DNA of 64,000 nt, taken from positions 13,423 through 77,422 of the forward strand of contig JANRIU010000064.1 in assembly GCA_033764615.1 (NCBI GenBank). Reading direction: 5' to 3'. The translations under genes were made by a program, and so were the position numbers. Source of the stretch: Gemmatimonadales bacterium (GTDB taxonomy: Bacteria > Gemmatimonadota > Gemmatimonadetes > Gemmatimonadales > GWC2-71-9). Below, piece by piece: positions 1-8,665 of the stretch. Within the stretch, counting starts at the first letter, position 1, and every line of letters begins with the position of its first letter. The notes under the pieces are model-generated. The model was not told the DNA's origin. It worked only from the letters and a program-made list of their open reading frames with translations, and searched no databases.

Positions 1-620
1 GCCTGCCCCGCCCCGACCTCGCCGAACTGCACCAGCCCGAACGAGCTGGCGAGGTGGGGCACCGCCGCGATCCGCAGCAGCAGCAGCCGGTACCGGTTCG
101 CGCCGGGCGCCGTGCGGATCGTCGCCATGCCGTTCGGCGACTGCAGCGTGGCGAGCGTCACGTTGCTCGCCGCCGTCGAGAGGATGCGGGCCGAGGCGCC
201 GGGCTGCCCCGCGACCGCCGCCGTGCGGATGGTGATCCACTGGCCGCGCGGGCACCGCTTCGCCGGCAGCACGAAGTTGCCGGTGTAGAAGCCACCGGCC
301 GTCAGCTGGATGGTGGAGCCGCAGGCGGCGTTGTTGATCGCCACCTGCAGGTTGCCGCCCGGCGCCACGCTGACCACGGGCCCCGGCGAGTTGACGTCCG
401 TCAGGTCCAGCCGCCAGCGCGGCAGCTCCGCCGACCACATGAACTCGGCCCGCGGCCCGACGATCAGGCTGGTCGCCGTGTCCGCCGGCGACGGCCCCGC
501 CACCGAGAGCGCCGCCCGAGGCGACACGTCGTCGACGGCGGCCGGCGATCCGGGCTCCGACGGGGCACCGCACGCGGCCATCATGACCAGACCGAGCGGC
601 AACGCTGCACGAGGATGCAT
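1..620 (-). CDS. Putative lipoprotein with right-handed beta-helix (pectin-lyase-like) start; 3' end outside window
   Basis: Hand-translated: ATG at 620 after GGAGG; MHPRAALPLGLVMMAAC (lipobox-like), then VSVAPGGNLQVAINNAACGSTIQLTAGGFYTGNFVLP, typical of the N-terminal cap of beta-helix proteins. Frame open to window edge. Confidence 0.7.
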   Translation of the reverse strand, partial: MHPRAALPLGLVMMAACGAPSEPGSPAAVDDVSPRAALSVAGPSPADTATSLIVGPRAEFMWSAELPRWRLDLTDVNSPGPVVSVAPGGNLQVAINNAACGSTIQLTAGGFYTGNFVLPAKRCPRGQWITIRTAAVAGQPGASARILSTAASNVTLATLQSPNGMATIRTAPGANRYRLLLLRIAAVPHLASSFGLVQFGEVGAGQ

Positions 621-819
621 CGACCTCCACCTTCCTGAGAGGGGCCCGACCGCACGGCCGACGACGACCCCTCCGGGGACCGGCGCTGCGAACGATCGCT
701 TCAAACCTGAGTGGGCGAGTAGGCATACGGGACCAGAACCCAACCTCTCGGTGCATCGTCACCAGTGCCGCTAGCTTCCGCGGTCGTTCGCGTCACACCG
801 CCTCGAGCCCCACGACCCC

Positions 820-2238
820 ATGCCGACCCTGCTCGTCAACGCCCGCGAGACCCCGGTGGACACCGGCCGCCGCCTCGCCACGGCCTTCCTCGGCTACTTC
901 ACGGTCGTGGTCGCTGTCATCACACTCGTCCCTTTCACGATCAGGACGCCGCCAGATTGGCGACTCATCACGGCGTTCGTTGCAGGGGATTTTGCGGCGA
1001 ATATAGCGCTTTTCCTTCCGATTGGCTTCCTCACCGCCTCGATCAGTCGGGCACGAGGCATCGGGTCGCTCCTGAAGGCCGCCGCCCTCGGTTTCCTGCT
1101 CAGCCTCCTCATCGAGTACGTGCAGGAGTTCATGCCCGAACGGATCCCGGCAGCGTGGGACCTCGTGGCCAACACGCTCGGCGCGACGATCGGCGCCGGC
1201 GGCTACGTGCTCGCCTCCCGCGGCGGCCGCGGCCTCGACGCGCCCATGGTCGAGCGGCTCGCCCTCGACCTCCCGCTCGCCGGCCTCGTCTACCTCATGG
1301 TGCCGCTCACCTGGCTGACGGCGCTGGCGCACGAGGGGACCGACTGGGCCCTGGGCCTCACGGCGCCGCTCGGCCTCATGGGCGCCATCGTCATCTCGTC
1401 GGTGCAGCGGGAGGGCCTCCGGCGCCGGGGCGCGGGCCCGGCGCTCCTCGCCACTGCGTGGTTCGCCTCCGCCGTGCTCGCCGGCGCCCCCGACCAGCTG
1501 CTGCCGGGCCTCGCCCTCATCGCGGCCGTCGGCGGCCTCACCGCGCTGCTCGGCAACGCGACGCGCCGCTCGGCCGAGACCGACCGACGGTACGAGCCGA
1601 AGACGCTCGCCACCATCGCGCCGATCGGGCTGCTCTGGCTTGCCGCGCTGGCCGGCGGGCCGCTGCTGGGCGGCGTGGTGTCGTTCGATTTCTCGGTCGC
1701 GCCGGTCTCGGGCGACGGCGGCTGGTCGCGGCAGAACGTGCTCCGCCTCGTGGAGCAGCCGACCGCGTTCGCGGTGCTCGGCTATGCCATCGCGCAGTGG
1801 ATCGGCCGCCGCATCGAGGCATTCGCCACGTCGCTGGCCTACGTGCTGGCGGGTGCGGTGCTCGGCGGGCTCATCTTCGAGATCGCGCGCGGCGTCGCCG
1901 ATGGCTACGGCGCGAGCCTCGTCGGCTTCCTGCTCTCGGTGGGCGGCGCCGCGTTCGGTTGCGCCGTCTACCACCTGCAGCTCGGCCACCTGAAGGCGCT
2001 GCGCGACGAGGCGCGGGAGCAGCAGAAGCAGGCGCGCGAGGCCGCCGAGGCGGCGGAGCTCGCGCGGCGCCGCACGGCCGAGCCGGTGCGGACCGCGCTC
2101 CCGGCCGCGCTCGAGACGACCGAGGCCGAGGTGGTGCTGCTGGAGGACGTCGCGGAGGTGGCGGCGGTGGAGGTCGAGGTCGAGGTGGAGGTCGACCCCG
2201 CCAGGGCGGACGACCGACCGGCGCCGAAGGCGCCGTGA
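820..2238 (+). CDS. VanZ-family polytopic membrane protein
   Basis: DFAANIALFLPIGF...SLLIEYVQEFMPERIPAAWDLVANTLGA VanZ motif; many TM segments; acidic EVEVEV tail. Confidence 0.8.
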   Translation: MPTLLVNARETPVDTGRRLATAFLGYFTVVVAVITLVPFTIRTPPDWRLITAFVAGDFAANIALFLPIGFLTASISRARGIGSLLKAAALGFLLSLLIEYVQEFMPERIPAAWDLVANTLGATIGAGGYVLASRGGRGLDAPMVERLALDLPLAGLVYLMVPLTWLTALAHEGTDWALGLTAPLGLMGAIVISSVQREGLRRRGAGPALLATAWFASAVLAGAPDQLLPGLALIAAVGGLTALLGNATRRSAETDRRYEPKTLATIAPIGLLWLAALAGGPLLGGVVSFDFSVAPVSGDGGWSRQNVLRLVEQPTAFAVLGYAIAQWIGRRIEAFATSLAYVLAGAVLGGLIFEIARGVADGYGASLVGFLLSVGGAAFGCAVYHLQLGHLKALRDEAREQQKQAREAAEAAELARRRTAEPVRTALPAALETTEAEVVLLEDVAEVAAVEVEVEVEVDPARADDRPAPKAP

Positions 2239-2253
2239 GCGCGGCGCGGTGGC

Positions 2254-3483
2254 TCAGCGCGCCGCCTCCCGCAGCCGCCTGAGGGGCTCGAGCGCGAACT
2301 CGGCGAGCGTGCGCCGGCCCGTGATGATCCGCGCCTCGCCCCCCATGCCCGCCACCAGCGGCCGCCCCGCCCCATCCACGACGATCACCGAATCGGCGAG
2401 CGTCACGATCGCCCGGAACGCGAGCGCCTCGCGCTCGGCGCCCGGGACGCCGGCGGGGCCGGCCCACCGCACCACGCCCTCGCGGATCCCGTAGCGCTGG
2501 TACGGGAACGCGTCGAACAGCAGCCGCACCGGCTGCCCCGCGCTCACGCGGGCGACGCCGTCGGCGGGGAGCTGCATCTCGCCCACCAGCCCGCCCTCAC
2601 GGCACGCCACCTCGGCCAGTTCCTCGCCCTCCTGCACCACCGCCCCCGCCGCGCGCACGCGCAGGCGGAGCACCGTGCCGTCGCAGGGCGCGCCCACCAC
2701 GAGCCGGTCGCCGGAGGCGGCCGCGAGGGCGGCGCGGAGCGCGCGGACGCGCCCCTCGGCGCGCGCGGATTCGAGGCGGAGCCGCCGCTCCGCCTCGCGC
2801 GCCTCCGAGGCGCGCGCCGACATGCCGTAGCGCAACCGCTCGAGCCCCGAGCGCGCGTCCGCCAGCTGCCGCTCGGCGGCGGCGAGCTCGTCACCCACGC
2901 GCGCCACGTTGAGCCGGAGCGAGGCGAAGTCGACGCCGCGCGTCGCCCCGCTCTCCACCCCCTGCTCGGCCTTCGCCTCCAGCTCCTGGAGGATCTGCAG
3001 CTGGCGCCGCTTCGAGGCGATCGCCTGCGCGAGCGACTGCTGCAGCCCCTCCAGCCGCGCCACCTCCGCCTCGTCGGCGCGGCGGGCGTCCTCGGTGCGC
3101 GCCCGCAGGTCGGCCAGCGACACCGGGGCCGACGCGCGCTCGGCCTCCAGCGCGCGCAGTTCCGCGATCTCGTCGCCGATCGGCGCGGAGCGGAGCTCGA
3201 CGAGCGGCGCGCCGCGCCGGACCTCCGCCGCCTCGGTGGCCGCGACGCGCGCGACGACGCCCGCGCGCGGCGCGCGCACGGGGTCGGCGCCGCCGGCCGG
3301 CATCAGCCGGAAGCGCCCGCGCACCGACTCGGGCACCCGCACCGTCACCAGCGCGACCGTCGCGAGCACGAAGCCGGCGATGGCGAGCGTGGCGAGGCGG
3401 CGCGCGAGCATCGGCGGCGGGTCGGGATCGAGGAACGGCGGCTCGGCCTCGGCGGCGGTCGGCGGGAGCGGCGGCGCGGTCAC
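2254..3483 (-). CDS. HlyD-family membrane fusion (periplasmic adaptor) protein
   Basis: GTG start overlaps upstream TGA (GTGA 3480-3483); N-terminal TM, lipoyl half-motifs, long coiled coil, FDAFPYQRYG and GMGGEARIITGRRT typical of T1SS/bacteriocin MFPs. Confidence 0.9.
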   Translation of the reverse strand: MTAPPLPPTAAEAEPPFLDPDPPPMLARRLATLAIAGFVLATVALVTVRVPESVRGRFRLMPAGGADPVRAPRAGVVARVAATEAAEVRRGAPLVELRSAPIGDEIAELRALEAERASAPVSLADLRARTEDARRADEAEVARLEGLQQSLAQAIASKRRQLQILQELEAKAEQGVESGATRGVDFASLRLNVARVGDELAAAERQLADARSGLERLRYGMSARASEAREAERRLRLESARAEGRVRALRAALAAASGDRLVVGAPCDGTVLRLRVRAAGAVVQEGEELAEVACREGGLVGEMQLPADGVARVSAGQPVRLLFDAFPYQRYGIREGVVRWAGPAGVPGAEREALAFRAIVTLADSVIVVDGAGRPLVAGMGGEARIITGRRTLAEFALEPLRRLREAAR

Positions 3484-6400
3484 TGGCCCAGCTGCTGCGA
3501 GCAGAGGTAGAAGTAGAGCCCCTGGTTCTCCATCAGCTCCTCGTGCGTCCCGAGCTCGGCGACGCGCCCCTGCTCCAGCACGAGGATCCGGTCGGCGTCG
3601 CGCACCGTGCTCAGGCGGTGCGCGATCACGAACGTGGTGCGCCCGCCGAGCAGCTGGTCGAGGCTCTCCTTCACCGCGCGCTCGGACTCGGTGTCGAGCG
3701 CGCTCGTCGCCTCGTCGAGGATGAGGATCGGCGGCCGGCGGTAGAGCGCCCGCGCGATGGCGATGCGCTGCCGCTGCCCGCCCGAGAGCGCGAGCCCCGA
3801 CTCGCCGATCGGCGTGTCGTAGCCGAGGGGCAGGCGCGCGATGAAGTCGTGCGCGGCGGCGGCGCGCGCGGCCCAGATCACGGCGTCGAGGTCGGGCTCG
3901 TCCTCGCCGAAGGCGATGTTGCGCGCGATCGTGTCGCTGAAGAGGTGGTTCTCCTGCAGCACGAAGCCCACCTGGCGCCGGAGGTCGCGGTAGTCGAGCG
4001 TCGTGAGGTCGCGCCCGTCGAACAGCACCTGCCCCGCCGTCGGCTCGAGCAGGCCGGCGAGGAGCTTCACGAGCGTCGTCTTGCCCGAGCCGCTCCGGCC
4101 GACGATGGCGATCGTGGCGTTGGGCGGCACGTCGAGCGAGATGTCGTCGAGGATCGGCGGCGACTCGGGGCCGCCGTACCGGAAGCCGACGTTGCGCAGC
4201 TGCACGCGCCCCTCCAGCGAGCGGACCGGGAGCAGCCGGGACCGGTCGCGCCCCTGCTCCGGCTCGGGCTCCAGCACGTCGTTGAGCCGGTCGAGGAGCA
4301 CGGCGATCCACTGGAAGCCGTCCCAGAGGCCGACGAGCGTCAGCAGCGGCCCGTTGGCGAGCGCGACGAGCGCGCTGAAGGCGACGAACGCGCCGACGGT
4401 GAGGCGCTGGTCGAGCACCTGCAGGGCACCGACCCAGAGGAAGAGCGCGGTGGCGAGGAAGCCGAGCGCCTGCACCGCGGCGTCGTAGGACATGAGCAGG
4501 AAGCTGGCGCGGAAGCGCCGCCGGGCGATGCGCGTGAACTCGCGCAGCATGAGCTCGCGCAGCGCGCCCTCGGCGCCCATCGCCTTCACCGTCTCGATGC
4601 CGCGGATCGCGTCCACCTGGTGGCTCTGGTAGCGCCCGCTCGCCTCCTCCAGCGAGGCGAACATCGGCCGGAGCCGCGCGCGCGAGAACCAGAGCAGCAG
4701 CCCGTACAGCGGCACCGTGGCGAGGAAGACGAGCGCGAGCGTGCCGCTGTAGAGCGCCATGAGCAGCAGCGCCACGGCGAACTGCACCGCCGCGGAGAGC
4801 CCCACCACCGCGTTCCCGACGACGAACTCGCGCACCTGCTGCATCCCCGCGAGGCGCCGCTGGATGTCGCCCGTGCGGCGGGCGGCGAAGTAGCGGAGCG
4901 GCAGCGCCAGCAGCGTGCGGGTGAGGAAGTCGAGCGCGGCGGTGTCGACCCGCACGGCGACCCACGCGAGCAGGTACCGCTGCACGAGCGCGGTGCCGAT
5001 GGCGGCCGCGAGGACGGCGGCCATGCCGAGCACCAGCGCGACGAGGAGGCCGGTGTCCTTCTCCACCAGCACCTTGTCCACGATGACCTGCGAGAACACC
5101 GGCAGGCACATCTGGAGGGCGCTGACGACGAAGGCGAGGCCGAGGGCGCGGCCGAGGAGGCCCGCGAAGGGCCGGATGAACGGCAGGAGCCAGCGCCCGG
5201 AGCGCGCCCCCTCCGGCGCGCCGGCGAACGCCTCCGTGAGGTCGAACAGCGCGGCGAAGCCGGTCCAGCGGCGCGCGAACTCCTCCAGCGGCACGCGGCG
5301 CGGCCCGAGCGCGGGGTCGGCGATCCAGGCGTGCGTGGCGTCGGTGTGGTGGAGGACGACCCAGTGGTTCCCCTCCCAGTGCACGATCGCGGGGACGGGG
5401 AGCCGCTCGAGCGTGGCGACGTCGGTGCGCACCGCGCGCGCCGCGAGCCCGAGCGCCTCCGCCGCGCGCACCAGCGCGCGGAGCGACGTGCCGTCGACCG
5501 AGGTGTGCGCGAGCTCGCGGATGCGCGCGAGCGACACCTCGCGCCCGAAGTGGCGGCACACCATCGCGAGGCAGGCCGCCCCGCAGTCCATCGCGTCGAT
5601 CTGCCGCACGAACGGCACGCGCCGGATGCGGTGCCGCCGCCGGACGAAGCGCCCGCCGGCGTCGCGGAACGGCGCGTCCGGCGTCGCCGCGTCGACGAGG
5701 CCGGCCGCCGCCATCTCGCGCGAGACCGACTGCGCGCGGCGCTCGGGCGCCTCGAGCGCCTGGGCGTCGGCCGGCAGCAGCTCCTCGGCGAAGTCGAGCG
5801 GCACGCGCGCCGTGGCGCGGTAGTCGTACTGCGCCACGCGCTGCGCGATGGCGGCGGCGAAGGGCGGGCACTCGTCCAGCAGCCGGCGGAACGCCTCGCG
5901 CGTGAGCGCGAGCAGCACCCCGTCGCGGTACGCCTCGACGGTCGCGGCGCGCGGCTGGTCCTTGAAGACCGAGAGCTCGCCGAACCAGTCGCCGCGGCGC
6001 AGGAAGGCGAGGTAGCGGCGCCGGCCGTCCTCCTCCACGAAGGCGCGGAGCTGCCCCTCCTGCACGATGTACATCGCGCCCGGCGGGTCGCCCGCGCGGA
6101 CCACCACCTCGCCCGCGCGGACGCGCACCGGCTCCAGCCCCTCGAGGAGGCGCGCCAGCGCGTCGGGCGGCAGCACGCGGAAGGCGGTGAACTGGAGGAA
6201 GAAGTTGTGCAGCTCGCGGTGGCGCGCCTGCAGCTCGAGCCACTGGCCGAGCTCCGGCCGCGCGGCGACGAGCGCCGCGAACGCGGCGGCGTCGAGCCGC
6301 CATGCCTGCACGTCGCCCGATGCGCGCACCGTCGCCGAGCGGGTGCCGCCGCCGAGGAGCGCGGCCTCGCCGAAGAGGTCGCCGGGGCCGAGGCGGTTGA

Positions 6401-6632
6401 GCGGCACCTCGGCGCCGCCCTCGCCCGCCTTCACGACGCGGGCCCGGCCCTGCGCGATCACGTAGAGCGCGTCGGCCGCGTCGCCCTCGCGCACGAGCAC
6501 CTGGCCGAAGCGGTACGTCACCGGCTCGAAGGCGGCCACGACCGCGTCGCGCCCCTCCTCGGAGAGGAAGCGCAGCAGCGGCAGGTCGCGCAGGGGGGCG
6601 CGGTCGTCCGGGGCGACGGGCGGGGCGCTCAT
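3480..6632 (-). CDS. Peptidase-containing ABC transporter (2x cNMP-binding + C39 peptidase + TMD + NBD)
   Basis: Start MSAPPV overlaps upstream stop; FGEAALLGGGTRSATVRA and FGELSVFKDQPRAATVEA cNMP cassettes; QIDAMDCGAAC...HWVV...IADP C39 triad; GRSGSGKT, LSGGQ, LILDEATS, IAHRL. Confidence 0.95.
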   Translation of the reverse strand: MSAPPVAPDDRAPLRDLPLLRFLSEEGRDAVVAAFEPVTYRFGQVLVREGDAADALYVIAQGRARVVKAGEGGAEVPLNRLGPGDLFGEAALLGGGTRSATVRASGDVQAWRLDAAAFAALVAARPELGQWLELQARHRELHNFFLQFTAFRVLPPDALARLLEGLEPVRVRAGEVVVRAGDPPGAMYIVQEGQLRAFVEEDGRRRYLAFLRRGDWFGELSVFKDQPRAATVEAYRDGVLLALTREAFRRLLDECPPFAAAIAQRVAQYDYRATARVPLDFAEELLPADAQALEAPERRAQSVSREMAAAGLVDAATPDAPFRDAGGRFVRRRHRIRRVPFVRQIDAMDCGAACLAMVCRHFGREVSLARIRELAHTSVDGTSLRALVRAAEALGLAARAVRTDVATLERLPVPAIVHWEGNHWVVLHHTDATHAWIADPALGPRRVPLEEFARRWTGFAALFDLTEAFAGAPEGARSGRWLLPFIRPFAGLLGRALGLAFVVSALQMCLPVFSQVIVDKVLVEKDTGLLVALVLGMAAVLAAAIGTALVQRYLLAWVAVRVDTAALDFLTRTLLALPLRYFAARRTGDIQRRLAGMQQVREFVVGNAVVGLSAAVQFAVALLLMALYSGTLALVFLATVPLYGLLLWFSRARLRPMFASLEEASGRYQSHQVDAIRGIETVKAMGAEGALRELMLREFTRIARRRFRASFLLMSYDAAVQALGFLATALFLWVGALQVLDQRLTVGAFVAFSALVALANGPLLTLVGLWDGFQWIAVLLDRLNDVLEPEPEQGRDRSRLLPVRSLEGRVQLRNVGFRYGGPESPPILDDISLDVPPNATIAIVGRSGSGKTTLVKLLAGLLEPTAGQVLFDGRDLTTLDYRDLRRQVGFVLQENHLFSDTIARNIAFGEDEPDLDAVIWAARAAAAHDFIARLPLGYDTPIGESGLALSGGQRQRIAIARALYRRPPILILDEATSALDTESERAVKESLDQLLGGRTTFVIAHRLSTVRDADRILVLEQGRVAELGTHEELMENQGLYFYLCSQQLGQ

Positions 6633-7672
6633 GCCCAGCGGACGCGCTCGCGCACGCGGCGCGCGGCCGCGTCCTCGACGAGCAGCCGCTCGGCGCGACG
6701 CCGCGTCGCGGGGTCGTCGAGCGAGGGGAGCGTCTTGCTGGCGACGGTCATGATCCAGTGGCCCGCCGGCGTCGCGATGGGGCCGATGAGGTCGCCGGGG
6801 CCGGCGGCGAGGAGCGCGTCGCGCACCGCGGGTGGCGCCTCGTCGATGATGAGGCTCCCCCGCATCGGCGCCACGCCCGCCTGCCCCGCTGCGTCCGCGA
6901 GCGCCATCCCGTCGGCGGTGACGCAGAGGTGCAGCTCGCGCGCCACGTCCTCCGACGCGTGGACGACCCACGTGCCGCTGAGCCACACCCAGTCGAGCCG
7001 GCGCCGCTCCACCACGCGCTCGAGCGCCTCGGGGGTGAGCGCGTCCGCGCGCCACGCCTCCCAGCCGTGGAGCAGCGCCTCGATGCGCGGCCGCCGCGCT
7101 GCCAGCCACGCCTCGGGGACGCCAAGCGCGTCCCACGGCAGCGGGGCGACGAGCAGCGCGTCCGGCGGCGGCACCGTGCCGGGCGGCGCCACGGCCGCGA
7201 AGCGCGCCAGTTCGCCGAGCGTCCAGGCGAGCAGGTCGGAGGCGTGCAGGTCGACCCGGAGCGCCGCGACGACCTCGTCGTCGTCGCTCGCGTCGGTCTC
7301 GGTCGTGGCCGATCGGCCCTGGCGCGCGAGGTCGCGCACCACGCCCTCGCGCCAGTCGGCGGCGGTGAGCCCGCGCGCGTCGAGCCAGGCGCGCATCCGG
7401 TCGGCCGCCTCCAGCCCGCGCTCGTAGCGGAACGCGGCCAGCGCCTCCCGGCACGCCGTGTCGGGCGGCGCCCCGCGTCGGCGCAGCGCCATGAGCCCCG
7501 CCACCACCTGCGCGCGGAGCAGCGGCCACTCGCCGCGGCGCTCGGCCAGCAGGAGCGCGTCGGCGAATGCGTATGCGTCATCATCGGTGCGGAAGGCGGG
7601 CGCCGCGAGCGCGCGATCGTGGATCAGGGGCTCCGCGGGCGCCGCCGGGACCGGGCGGTCGGTGGATGCCAC
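6629..7672 (-). CDS. PpiC/parvulin-related accessory protein of the export operon
   Basis: C-terminal ARELHLCVTADGMALADAA...GDLIGPIATPAGHWI resembles a rotamase domain; translationally coupled to the transporter. GTG 7672 chosen because of the promoter just upstream; ATG 7759 is an alternative. Confidence 0.7.
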   Translation of the reverse strand: MASTDRPVPAAPAEPLIHDRALAAPAFRTDDDAYAFADALLLAERRGEWPLLRAQVVAGLMALRRRGAPPDTACREALAAFRYERGLEAADRMRAWLDARGLTAADWREGVVRDLARQGRSATTETDASDDDEVVAALRVDLHASDLLAWTLGELARFAAVAPPGTVPPPDALLVAPLPWDALGVPEAWLAARRPRIEALLHGWEAWRADALTPEALERVVERRRLDWVWLSGTWVVHASEDVARELHLCVTADGMALADAAGQAGVAPMRGSLIIDEAPPAVRDALLAAGPGDLIGPIATPAGHWIMTVASKTLPSLDDPATRRRAERLLVEDAAARRVRERVRWA

Positions 7673-7678
7673 GCCGGA

Positions 7679-7738
7679 ATGCTCACCGCTCCCGCGGGTC
7701 GTGTCAACGCGCGGGGCGGCATTCACGCGCGATTCACG
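7679..7738 (-). promoter_or_regulatory. Sigma70-type promoter of the export operon with upstream direct repeat
   Basis: Minus-strand TTGACA (7707-7702), 17 nt, GAGCAT (7684-7679), 6 nt, GTG; ATTCACG repeated at 7721-7727 and 7732-7738 (11-bp period). Confidence 0.55.
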
Positions 7739-7897
7739 GGCATGCGTCATCATGCCCATGGTCGACACGCCGCCTCCACGGCGGCATATTGGCGAGGGGG
7801 GCCATCGGGCGAGGGAACGCCCCGCCCCGCCTTCGCCAGCACCAGCGCCAGCCCGACCGGCCGGCGCACGCGGACCCCGGGAACCAAGGAGCCCACC

Positions 7898-8101
7898 ATG
7901 AGCACCACGCATCCGACGCCCGACGATGGCCTGGACGATCTCCCGCCCAAGCCCGACGCGATCAAGCAGGCGGACCAGGTGAAGGGCGGCGCGGCCGACG
8001 CCTTCGCCGCGACGGACATGGAGAGCGAGGACGTCGGCGGCCTGCTGAACACGAACCGCGGCGGCATGATGGACTCGCAGCGCGCGAAGAGCGGGTACTG
8101 A
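7898..8101 (+). CDS. Double-glycine leader precursor peptide (67 aa), candidate substrate of the adjacent transporter
   Basis: AAGGAG RBS; MSTTHPTPDDGLDDLPPKPDAIKQADQVKGG then AADAFAATDMESEDVGGLLNTNRGGMMDSQRAKSGY; divergent from the C39 transporter operon. Confidence 0.8.
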   Translation: MSTTHPTPDDGLDDLPPKPDAIKQADQVKGGAADAFAATDMESEDVGGLLNTNRGGMMDSQRAKSGY

Positions 8102-8145
8102 ACGCGCAGGCGACGGACCGGCTTCGTCGGCGGCCCTGCAGGGAT

Positions 8146-8175
8146 GCGGGCGGACCTCCTCGAGGGTCCGCCCGT
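8146..8175. terminator. GC-rich hairpin between convergent genes
   Basis: GCGGGCGGACCT-cctcga-GGGTCCGCCCGT 12-bp stem (with G-U pairs) between the peptide stop and the ArsC-like stop. Confidence 0.55.
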
Positions 8176-8176
8176 G

Positions 8177-8533
8177 TCATTTCGCGGTCCACGCCCGCCA
8201 GGTCGCCTCGTCCCGGCCGAGCGAGAGCGCCTTGTCATGCCGCACCAGCGGCTGCCTGAGCAGCAGCGGCTCCTCCACCAGCAGCGCCAGCCACCGCTCC
8301 TCGCCATGGCGCGCAGGCCCGAGGCCCAGCTCCGCGAAGCGGCGGCCCTCCCGGTCCACCAGCGCCTCCACGCCGAACTTCTGCACGAAGCGCGTCAGCT
8401 CCCCCTTGGACGCCGCGCGCTCGGCGAGGTCGACGAAATGCACCGGGATCCGCCGCTCGGCAAAGAAGCGGAGGGCGTGGCGGGTGTCGGGGTGCTTCTT
8501 CGTGCCGAAGACCTGGATGGACAAGGCGGGCAT
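8177..8533 (-). CDS. ArsC/Spx/MgsR-family protein (cysteine-free)
   Basis: IQVFGTKKHPDTRHALRFFAER...PLLLRQPLVR family pattern. Confidence 0.8.
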   Translation of the reverse strand: MPALSIQVFGTKKHPDTRHALRFFAERRIPVHFVDLAERAASKGELTRFVQKFGVEALVDREGRRFAELGLGPARHGEERWLALLVEEPLLLRQPLVRHDKALSLGRDEATWRAWTAK

Positions 8534-8581
8534 GAGGGCACGCGGGCCGGAGGCCGGAAGGGGCGGCGATGCGGCGAGCAA

Positions 8582-8665
8582 TGCCCAGGGCGGGGATCGA
8601 ACCCGCAAGTCCTTGCGGACGCGAGATTTTGAGTCTCGTGCGTTTGCCAGTTTCGCCACCTGGGC
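8582..8665 (-). tRNA. tRNA-Leu(CAA)
   Basis: GCCCAGGTGGCGAAACTGGCAAACGCACGAGACTCAAAATCTCG...GGGTTCGATCCCCGCCCTGGGCA; CAA anticodon, long variable arm, TTCGA T-loop; CCA not encoded. Confidence 0.95.

Noticed and set aside
2254-7529. Two overlapping 1349-aa ORFs and a 1294-aa antisense ORF in the track
   Set aside because: Arg/Ala/Pro-rich extensions are GC-rich shadow frames; the real genes start at 3483, 6632 and about 7672.
6758-7897. 447-aa + strand ORF
   Set aside because: Antisense shadow; only the last 67 codons have an RBS and a meaningful sequence.
8582-8665. tRNA-Leu as an integration site for the export locus
   Set aside because: No integrase and no duplicated tRNA 3' end seen in the window.
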